In this document: piece after piece, positions 51,885 through 64,000 of the stretch | Layout: every line of letters begins with the position of its first letter | Position numbering within the stretch: position 1 is the stretch's first letter | From: an uncultured Acidobacteriota bacterium | GTDB lineage: Bacteria; Acidobacteriota; JAQAZP01 | DNA length: 64,000 nucleotides | Reading direction: 5' to 3' | Assembly (NCBI GenBank): GCA_963836075.1 | Contig: CAWIIB010000009.1 | Location: forward strand, 3,232,001 to 3,296,000 | Position numbers and translations under genes: made by a program | The notes under the pieces: model-generated | Database searches by the model: none | Seen by the model: the letters and a program-made list of their open reading frames with translations, nothing else | Told to the model about the DNA's origin: nothing

Positions 51885-54524
51885 ATGCGCAGTACGCCAG
51901 GGTGGCTCTCCAGATCTTTTTTCCGGTTCTTCCTCATACTCATTCTCGGCACCATTGTGGTGAACACCGTTCCCTGTCCCGCCGCTTCCTCCGGGCCTGA
52001 GCCGCTGACCCGGCAGGTCAATGGCCGGACCGTGGTGCAGCACCCCTCCGCGGGGGGTGGCCCCGGAATCTGGTCCGATGACCGGGGCTACCGTGCGGTG
52101 AATTGGAAGGACCGGTCCTGGTGCGCCCGTATTCCAGTTGAAGGCGTACCGGTTGCCGGGCGGCTGGACAGCGTCTGGCAGACCAGTGGGCCTTTTGCCG
52201 CCGATATCAATCAGATCCTGGTTTCCCACAGCAATCCCAATATCGTTTATGCCGCGGTGGCCTGTGGCGGCGAACCGTTCCTCGGTGGCGTGTTTCGCAG
52301 CACCAACGGTGGTCAGGACTGGATCCGTCTGGACCCGGAGACCCATCTGGGGCCGGTCTACTGCCTGGCGATGAACCCGGACAATTCCAATGAACTTTTT
52401 GCCTCGTCGGAACTGGGCCTCTTCCGCTCCAGTAACGGCGGCAGCAACTGGAGCCTGATTGAGCCGGTGAGCGGGTCGTTTCCCCGCTCCCTGCGGGTGG
52501 CGTACAACCCTGCTGACGGTGACGAATTGATCGCCCACTACTCCTGTGAACCGCCGCCGGATTCGCAGCTCTACCGCTCCACTGACGGCGGCGACAGCTT
52601 CGAATCCATCGATGCCGGGTTGCCGCAGGAACTGCCGGTCACCGATATCTGTTTTGACCCGCAGGTCGGTACCAGGGTTTTCATCTCCATGGGCTCCAAC
52701 TTCGGTGAGACGGGCTTCTTTTGCAGCGAGGACAGCGGTGCCCACTGGCTGAATCTCACCAACGGTCTGGACAACATGCCGGCGAACGCCATCGAAGTGG
52801 TATACAGCGGCAGTTCCTGTCTGGTGATGGTGACCACCGGCCGAAATTTCGCCAGCCAGAATGGCGGTCTGTACCGTCGCAGCCATCCCTCCGGCGAGTG
52901 GTTCAGGGTTGCGCCGGACCAGGTCAAGGATGCCGGGTTCCTCGAGGTCCGGTGCGACGAACTGTTTCCCGGGCTGATCCTGTTGGGCTCCCAGGGCCAG
53001 GGCATTCTGAAGAGCTCTGACAACGGTCTCAACTGGTCTCCGGCCAATGACGGCCTGTCGGGTGAGGTGGTGAGCAGCATCGCCATCCGGCAGGATGGGC
53101 TGGCCCTGCATGCGGGCTGCGAGGGTATGGGCTTTTTCACCTCCCGGGACGAAGGCGGGTCCTGGGTTGCCAGTTCGGACGGGATCAACATGGTCAAGGT
53201 CACCGATGTGGCGGTGGATGGCCTTGATCCGGACCGGATCGTGGTCTCCTTCACCAGCCTGAACAGCGGCGGCATCTTTATCACCGAGGATGGCGGTTCC
53301 TCGTGGTTTGCAGCACCGAACCTGGTGGACCAGCGGGCCCAGTCAGTGGCACTGGAAGCGGGCGGCGGGCAGGTTATCTACGCCGCCATGGAAGGTCCGG
53401 TAACCACGGAAACACCGGAAGGCATTTACAAGAGCACCGATGGCGGCCAGACCTGGGCCTGCACCGGACCCGATGGCCCGACCTACTTCAACAACCTGTT
53501 GTACAAGGTGGTTGTGGAAGAGGAGACCGGCACCGTGCTGGCCGCTGGCCGCGGGTATGTCTCCACCCTGCCAGCACGGGTTTTTCGCAGCACCGATGGC
53601 GGCGGCAACTGGGTCCGGGTGCATCAGGGGCACAACTACAGCGTGGCGATGGATATAGCCTTTTCGCCTCTGTACGGCGCTGTGGCCTATGCGGCGGTGG
53701 ACCATACCGGCGGGATAAACGGGAGGGGCGGCGTCCTGAAGACCACCGATGGCGGCGCTTCGTGGTCCAGCAGGGACAACGGTTTTCCCGGCGGTCCGAG
53801 GAACTGCCGCACCGTTGCGGTGGATCCCGGCGATTCCTCCATCGCCTATGCCACGCTTTACAACCACGGGGTGTACAAGACCACCGATGGTGCTGACAGC
53901 TGGCAGATGACCGATTTCCCCCAGGGACAGTCCCACTCGGTATTTACCGACCCTTTGTCCGACAGCATTGTCTACGTCTGCAGCGGCGGGTTCCCGGTTC
54001 TGCGGAGCAAGGACGGTGGCGTGGAATATGAGGACTACGCCGCTGGATACCCGGAAAACAGCGTGTACCGCTTCGGGTATGACAAGAGGATCTGGCAGCC
54101 TCGCCTCTATGCCTGCGGCACCCAGGGGCTCTACCGGCGGGATCTCGATCCCCTGGGACTGCCGGACACCCTGAATCTGGCCCTCGCCTGCACTCCCGAG
54201 CTCCTGACCCTTCCCGATACGGCCCTACTGGACCTCAGCCTGACCAACAGCTGCCACCTCAGCCGCTCCTACGGCCTGACCATCGACGTGGTGCTCCCCG
54301 GCGGCGCCACTTACCTGGCATACCGCCGGGGAAGCGTGGTGCTGGCCCCGGGCCAACTGTTCAGCGCCGTTGCGCCCATCGATTTCCCGCAGTTCGGGAC
54401 CCTGGTGGGGGTGACCACCTTTTTCCTCACCGGTACGGATACGACGCCCCCGCCGTCAAACGGCGGGCTTCCCAGCGGGTACAGCGACGTCAGTTCCTGC
54501 CAGGTCACAGCTTCCATGCCCTGA
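51885..54524 (+). CDS. Secreted BNR/Asp-box beta-propeller protein (VPS10/YCF48/GH74-like) with the shared C-terminal domain
   Basis: Signal peptide; more than 10 (R/K)S(T/S)DGGxxW Asp-boxes; last 118 aa align with the S8 peptidase tail. Confidence 0.88.
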   Translation: MRSTPGWLSRSFFRFFLILILGTIVVNTVPCPAASSGPEPLTRQVNGRTVVQHPSAGGGPGIWSDDRGYRAVNWKDRSWCARIPVEGVPVAGRLDSVWQTSGPFAADINQILVSHSNPNIVYAAVACGGEPFLGGVFRSTNGGQDWIRLDPETHLGPVYCLAMNPDNSNELFASSELGLFRSSNGGSNWSLIEPVSGSFPRSLRVAYNPADGDELIAHYSCEPPPDSQLYRSTDGGDSFESIDAGLPQELPVTDICFDPQVGTRVFISMGSNFGETGFFCSEDSGAHWLNLTNGLDNMPANAIEVVYSGSSCLVMVTTGRNFASQNGGLYRRSHPSGEWFRVAPDQVKDAGFLEVRCDELFPGLILLGSQGQGILKSSDNGLNWSPANDGLSGEVVSSIAIRQDGLALHAGCEGMGFFTSRDEGGSWVASSDGINMVKVTDVAVDGLDPDRIVVSFTSLNSGGIFITEDGGSSWFAAPNLVDQRAQSVALEAGGGQVIYAAMEGPVTTETPEGIYKSTDGGQTWACTGPDGPTYFNNLLYKVVVEEETGTVLAAGRGYVSTLPARVFRSTDGGGNWVRVHQGHNYSVAMDIAFSPLYGAVAYAAVDHTGGINGRGGVLKTTDGGASWSSRDNGFPGGPRNCRTVAVDPGDSSIAYATLYNHGVYKTTDGADSWQMTDFPQGQSHSVFTDPLSDSIVYVCSGGFPVLRSKDGGVEYEDYAAGYPENSVYRFGYDKRIWQPRLYACGTQGLYRRDLDPLGLPDTLNLALACTPELLTLPDTALLDLSLTNSCHLSRSYGLTIDVVLPGGATYLAYRRGSVVLAPGQLFSAVAPIDFPQFGTLVGVTTFFLTGTDTTPPPSNGGLPSGYSDVSSCQVTASMP

Positions 54525-54782
54525 CTTTTACCCGATTGTCCGTCCGTTCACCGGCTGGTTTCTTGACATGACTTCCCTCAAAAATTATGATCTGTTTTTC
54601 GTGTTCTGTCCGGCCCGCCAGTGCACCGGCCAGCAGCGGCCCCCGGTTTCCCAGCCGGACCGCGGCCGGTTCGTGACTGCCAGGTCCGACCCCGGTTCCG
54701 GCAGTGCCCTCGAGCAGTCGAGTTGCCGTATACAATTGTTTTTGGAAGCGCTCCGCGGAGCGGATTCCCGGGAGGACTGAAG

Positions 54783-55985
54783 ATGTATGGTGCGATGAAG
54801 GATTTTTTGACCAAGGAACTGCAGGACATCAAGGATGCCGGTCTCTACAAGAACGAGCGGATCATCGCTTCTTCACAGTCATCCGAGATTACCTTGCAGG
54901 ACGGCAGCAAGGTGCTCAACTTCTGCGCCAACAACTATCTTGGTTTGGCCAATAACGCTGAGATCGTCGAGGCGGCCAAGGCGACTCTGGACAAATATGC
55001 GTTCGGGATGTCATCGGTGCGCTTCATCTGCGGCACCCTCGACATTCACAAGGAGCTCGAGCGTCTGATTGCCAAATTCCTCGGCAAGGACGACTGCATC
55101 CTCTACGCCGCCTGCTTCGATGCCAACGGCGGTGTGTTCGAGCCGTTCCTGGACAAGGACTGCGCCATCATCTCCGACGCCCTGAACCACGCCTCGATCA
55201 TTGATGGCGTCCGGCTCTGCAAAGCGGATCGTTACCGTTACAACCATGCTGACATGGACGACCTCGAGCGCTGTCTCAAGGAGTCCCAGAGCAACAAATT
55301 CCGCATGGTGGCCACCGACGGCGTGTTCTCCATGGACGGTGACATCGCCAAACTGGACCAGATCACCGCGCTGTGTGAGAAATACGATGCCATGCTCATG
55401 GTGGATGACTGCCACGCTACCGGTTTCGTGGGCCAGACCGGCCGTGGGTCCGGCGAGCACCGCGGCGTGCTGGACAAGGTGGACATCATCACCTCCACCC
55501 TGGGCAAGGCGCTGGGCGGCGCTTCCGGCGGCTTTACCGCCGGACACCAGGAGATGATCGACCTGCTGCGGCAGCGTTCCCGTCCCTATCTCTTCTCCAA
55601 CACCGTACCGCCGGTGGTGGTCGGCGCTTCGCTCAAGGTTTTCCAGATGCTTTCCGCCACCACCGAGCTGCGGGACAAGCTGGAAGAGAACACGATGTAT
55701 TTCCGCAAGGGGATGACCGAGGCCGGCTTCGACATTCCCGAGGGCGTTCACGCCATCGTGCCGATCATGCTCGGCAAGTTCGAGAATGATGCCAAGCTGT
55801 CCCAGGATATGGCCAAAGACCTGCTGGAGGAAGGGATTTACGTCATCGGCTTCTACTATCCGGTGGTGCCCAAGGGCCAGTCGCGCATCCGGGTGCAGAT
55901 TTCGGCCGGCCACAACCGGGAGCAGCTGGACAAGGCCATTGCGGCGTTCACCAAGATCGGCAAGAAACACGGTGTGGTGGCCTGA
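54783..55985 (+). CDS. kbl: Glycine C-acetyltransferase (2-amino-3-ketobutyrate CoA ligase)
   Basis: NFCANNYLGL, SVRFICGT, LNHASIIDG, TDGVFSMDG, TLGKALGGASGG, RQRSRPYLFSN. Confidence 0.97.
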   Translation: MYGAMKDFLTKELQDIKDAGLYKNERIIASSQSSEITLQDGSKVLNFCANNYLGLANNAEIVEAAKATLDKYAFGMSSVRFICGTLDIHKELERLIAKFLGKDDCILYAACFDANGGVFEPFLDKDCAIISDALNHASIIDGVRLCKADRYRYNHADMDDLERCLKESQSNKFRMVATDGVFSMDGDIAKLDQITALCEKYDAMLMVDDCHATGFVGQTGRGSGEHRGVLDKVDIITSTLGKALGGASGGFTAGHQEMIDLLRQRSRPYLFSNTVPPVVVGASLKVFQMLSATTELRDKLEENTMYFRKGMTEAGFDIPEGVHAIVPIMLGKFENDAKLSQDMAKDLLEEGIYVIGFYYPVVPKGQSRIRVQISAGHNREQLDKAIAAFTKIGKKHGVVA

Positions 55986-56003
55986 CCAGGCGTGGGATAA
56001 CTC

Positions 56004-56032
56004 TTGACAGGCACGGGGGCCTTTCGTATACT
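56004..56032 (+). promoter_or_regulatory. Sigma70-type promoter of tRNA-Val/Asp
   Basis: TTGACA-N17-TATACT. Confidence 0.75.
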
Positions 56033-56094
56033 CCCGTTGCTTCCAGTGGCCCCGACCGATTTTGGCCGTCGCGGCAGACGCACGGAGGGCCGAC

Positions 56095-56171
56095 GGGCGG
56101 TTAGCTCAGCTGGTTAGAGCACCTGCCTTACACGCAGGGGGTCGCAGGTTCGACTCCTGTACCGCCCACCA
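56095..56171 (+). tRNA. tRNA-Val (TAC)
   Basis: Cloverleaf, CCTGC-CTTACAC-GCAGG anticodon arm, CCA end. Confidence 0.96.
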
Positions 56172-56224
56172 GCCCCAAACGGGTTCGAGGGCGGAGGGCA
56201 AGCAACAGATCAAGGTAAATATGC

Positions 56225-56301
56225 GGGGGCGTAGTTCAGCTGGTTAGAATGCCGGCCTGTCACGCCGGAGGTCGCGAGTTCGAATCTCGTCGCTCCCGCC
56301 A
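56225..56301 (+). tRNA. tRNA-Asp (GTC)
   Basis: Cloverleaf, CCGGC-CTGTCAC-GCCGG anticodon arm, G73 discriminator, CCA end. Confidence 0.96.
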
Positions 56302-56309
56302 GCATAGAT

Positions 56310-56340
56310 AGCGGCCGGGTTTATCCCGGCCGCTTTTTTT
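56310..56340 (+). terminator. Intrinsic terminator after the tRNAs
   Basis: AGCGGCCGGG-TTTAT-CCCGGCCGCT followed by a T run. Confidence 0.85.
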
Positions 56341-56426
56341 CGCCCCAACGTCACTATCCCCCATGAACAAGCCCCTGACTCTCCATGCTAGAATTAAGAG
56401 AATGGTAATTAACCTGGAGATACTCC

Positions 56427-57401
56427 ATGCGCCGGCGGCAGTATACGGTGATCCTGTTGATGGCGGCCCTCTCCGTGGTGGCCGCCGCCTCTGCTCCCCT
56501 TGCCGCGGAAAAAGATTCCACCGCCCTGCACAGTGCGGTAAAACGGCGGGATCACCAGCGGCTGATGCTCCTTTTGCGTAAGGGGCTGGAGCCGGACACC
56601 CGTGATGCTCTTGGACGGACACCGCTGCATGTGGCTGCCGGGGCCGATCGGGGCCGGGAGGCCGCTACCCTGATCGAACACGGTGCTGACCCGGGCCTTG
56701 AGGACCCTGAAGGCCGGGTGCCGCTGCACTATGCCGCCACCAACGGCAACACCGCTTTGATCCGCCTCCTGCTGAAGAAGGAGGCGGTCATCGAAGCCCT
56801 GGACCACGAAGGCCGGACACCACTCCATTATGCGGCCTCCAATGGCGGCAAGGCTGCAGTAAGGGAACTCCTGGAACAGGGGGCGGCACTGGAGGCTCGG
56901 AGCCACAAGGGAGTCACACCCCTGCACTTCGCGGCCACCGAGGGCCACCGCCAGGTGGTTCGTTTCCTGGCCGTGAATGGCGGCGACGTGATGTCCCGGT
57001 CGAATGACGGATACACGCCGCTCCATTCCGCCGCGCTCAACGGCCATGCCGGGATCATTTTCCTGCTGGTGGAGAAGGGGGCCGAGGTGGATGCGGTGGA
57101 GGCTCTGGGCGAAACCCCCCTGCGTATCGCGGCCGCCCATGGGAAATTGCTGGCTGTTCGCATGCTGGTGGAACGTGGAGCCGACGTGGGAGCCCGGGAC
57201 GGGTATGGGCTCACCCCGCTGCACTGGGCCGCCATCGGCGGCCACACCGATGTGGCCCGTTTTCTCATCGAAGAGGGGGCCGATACCGACGACCGGGAGA
57301 ACCGGCACGACGCCACACCGCTGGAACTGGCACGGCAGAAGGGCCACCTGGACCTGGTGCGGTTTCTCGAGGCTGAACCGTCCGGATCGATCACTCCTTG
57401 A
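56427..57401 (+). CDS. Exported ankyrin repeat protein
   Basis: Signal peptide; about 8-9 GxTPLHxAA repeats. Confidence 0.93.
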   Translation: MRRRQYTVILLMAALSVVAAASAPLAAEKDSTALHSAVKRRDHQRLMLLLRKGLEPDTRDALGRTPLHVAAGADRGREAATLIEHGADPGLEDPEGRVPLHYAATNGNTALIRLLLKKEAVIEALDHEGRTPLHYAASNGGKAAVRELLEQGAALEARSHKGVTPLHFAATEGHRQVVRFLAVNGGDVMSRSNDGYTPLHSAALNGHAGIIFLLVEKGAEVDAVEALGETPLRIAAAHGKLLAVRMLVERGADVGARDGYGLTPLHWAAIGGHTDVARFLIEEGADTDDRENRHDATPLELARQKGHLDLVRFLEAEPSGSITP

Positions 57402-57478
57402 CTCCCCTGTGGGCCCTGCCTAGAATCATCCGGTCACGTCACTCGACTTCCAATTGCCGGGCAACAGCGGAGGAACCG

Positions 57479-59090
57479 ATGCGTATCTACAGTGCCAGGG
57501 AGATGGCCGAGGCGGACCGGATCACCATCGAAGAATACGGCATCCCCGGTGCGGTGCTGATGGAGAACGCCGGTTCCCAGACCGTGGACGCCATGGAGGA
57601 ACGCTACGGCGACGCCCTCTACGACGACGAATCGGCGGTGCTGGTTGTCTGCGGCAAGGGGAACAACGGGGGGGACGGCTTTGTCATCGCCCGCCACCTG
57701 CTGAACCGTGGCACGGCCCGCCTGGATGTGGTACTGCTGGCCGGCAGCGGCGGTCTCACCGGCGACGCCAGGCTGAACCACGACGTGTTCTGCAAGATGG
57801 ACGGCACGGTTTGCGAGGCCGCCGACTGGGAGGCCTTCGAGCGGTTGTTGGAAGATGGGCTGATCCTGCCGCCCGACGAATACACGGTGGTGGTGGACGC
57901 CATTTTCGGCACCGGGTTGACCTCGGCGGTGCGCGGCCACTATGCCCAGGTGATCAACGAGATCAACGAGGGCGCCGCCCCGGTGGTGGCGGTGGATATC
58001 CCTTCGGGCCTCTCGGCCGATACGCCGAACCCGCCGGGCGAAGCGATAATGGCCGACCTGACCGTCACCTTCGGCGCGCCCAAGTACCCGCACCTGCTGC
58101 CTCCGGGAGACCTGCTGTGCGGTGACCTGGCGGTGGCCGACATCAGCATCCCCGAGGCGGCCATGGAGCGGGCCGGCGGCGGGCCCTTCGTGGTCACCGA
58201 CGAGCTGGCCGGCTTCCTGCTGCCCGACCCCCGGGAGCGCACCGGCCACAAGGGCGACTACGGCCACGTTCTGCTGGTTGGCGGGTCGGTGGGCAAGACC
58301 GGCGCGGCGGTGTTGGGCGCCGAGGCGGCCTACCGCAGCGGCGCCGGGCTGGTCACCGTGGCCACCCCGGCCGACTGCCTGCCGGTGGTGGCCGGCTCGA
58401 GCCTGGAGTTGATGACCGAGCCGCTGGCCCAGACCCAGGCCGGTACGCTCTCCCCCGAAGCGCTGGCCCGGGCAGTGGAACTGGCTGCTGAGCGCGATGT
58501 GCTGGCCCTGGGCCCGGGCATCTCCGCCGACCCGCCCACCGGCGAGTTTGTGCGCAGCATCTTCACCGCCTCTGAGTTGTCGGGCACCCCGCTGGTCATC
58601 GATGCCGACGGTCTCAATGCTTTTGCCGGCGACCCCGGTGCCCTCGACGCCACCGGCCGGGAGGCCCCGGTGATCATCACCCCCCACCCGGGGGAGCTGG
58701 CCCGCCTGCTGGGCATTTCCACCGACGAACTGCTGGAGGACCGCATCGGCCCGGTGACCGCCTTTGCCGCCGCCCGCAACCTGATCGTGGTGCTCAAGGG
58801 CTACCGCTCGCTCACCGTGGCCCCCGAAGGGGATGTGTGGGTCAACCTCACCGGCAACCCGGGGATGGCCTCCGGCGGTTCGGGCGACATACTCACCGGC
58901 ATCATCGCCGCCCTGCTGGCCCAGCGCCTTGATCCGGTGGACGCGGCGATCCTCGGTGTCCACGTCCACGGGCTGGCCGGCGACATGGTGGCCGAGGACG
59001 TGGGAGAGATGTCGCTGATGGCCGGCGACCTGCTGGAATACCTGCCCGATGCCTTCCTGGTCTGCGGCGGCGAGGAGGTCGAGTTCGAAG

Positions 59091-59104
<14 letters not shown>
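57479..59104 (+). CDS. nnr: Bifunctional NAD(P)HX epimerase/dehydratase
   Basis: LMENAG, GKGNNGGDG, DAIFGTG, HKGDYG, DADGLN, TPHPGE, GGSGDIL. Confidence 0.95.
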
Positions 59105-61071
<1,967 letters not shown>

Positions 61072-61096
61072 CTGCCGGTCCTCCTCTCCAGCGGCG

Positions 61097-63746
<2,650 letters not shown>

Positions 63747-63819
63747 GGGATGAATTCCTCCGGTGGATATCTTGCGAAGAGGAGAATCCTCAATTATTTC
63801 AACATTTTATGAATCCGAT

Positions 63820-63848
63820 AATTTATCACCGGTGCCTTGGGCTGTCAA
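63820..63848 (-). promoter_or_regulatory. Sigma70-type promoter for secA
   Basis: Minus strand TTGACA-N17-TAAATT. Confidence 0.55.
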
Positions 63849-63864
63849 GCGCCGGTGCTGCGGG

Positions 63865-64000
63865 TTATGGGCCTTGGGCGAGGACGCCGGTGATAGTGCA
63901 GACATCGCCGGTGCTGTGGCCGGCCGGGGGGCAGGGTGGCTGGTTGAAGGGGGCCGGAGTGACGTCCTGCGCGGTCAAACTGAAACTGCTGGTGCCGGCC
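63865..64000 (-). CDS. 3' end of a gene entering from the right edge that ends in the shared C-terminal domain
   Basis: Manual translation AGTSSFSLTAQDVTPAPFNQPPCPPAGHSTGDVCTITGVLAQGP* matches the S8 tail VGDNVFSMLVADVTPAPYNQPPYAPDGDTATAGCTVSGLAP*. Confidence 0.88.
   Translation of the reverse strand, partial: AGTSSFSLTAQDVTPAPFNQPPCPPAGHSTGDVCTITGVLAQGP

Overview
A GC-rich bacterial chromosomal window, mostly housekeeping genes. It contains iscS-like (partial), glyA, a dgt-rpiB-dinG cluster, mqnD, cstA, ltaE, tRNA-Met-tilS-ftsH-folP-cdaA-cdaR-glmM, hflKC, a galU-like gene, pcm, tRNA-Ala, an RpoD paralogue, mtnA-nadA, kbl, tRNA-Val/Asp, nnr-tsaE, guaB and secA. The gene set suggests a diderm of the Acidobacteriota/Deltaproteobacteria type (inference only). 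Several essential genes are split by single-base indels, most likely long-read assembly errors. The main finding is a ~120-aa C-terminal domain with two Cys and a D(V/T)TPxPxN motif, which I cannot assign to a known family. It ends three proteins: an S8 peptidase and a BNR/Asp-box propeller (unrelated, both with signal peptides), plus a partial gene at the right edge that is missing from the ORF track. It is a candidate protein-sorting or surface-anchoring domain. Other candidates: (1) two diverged tandem copies of a structured non-coding element at ~44 kb; (2) an AT-rich promoter with a palindromic operator driving a DUF2314-like plus RHH-like gene pair beside tRNA-Ala; (3) a pure (ATKKK)n histone-H1-like gene with four copies of a spaced palindrome upstream. 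No CRISPR array, rRNA, integrase or transposase was seen.
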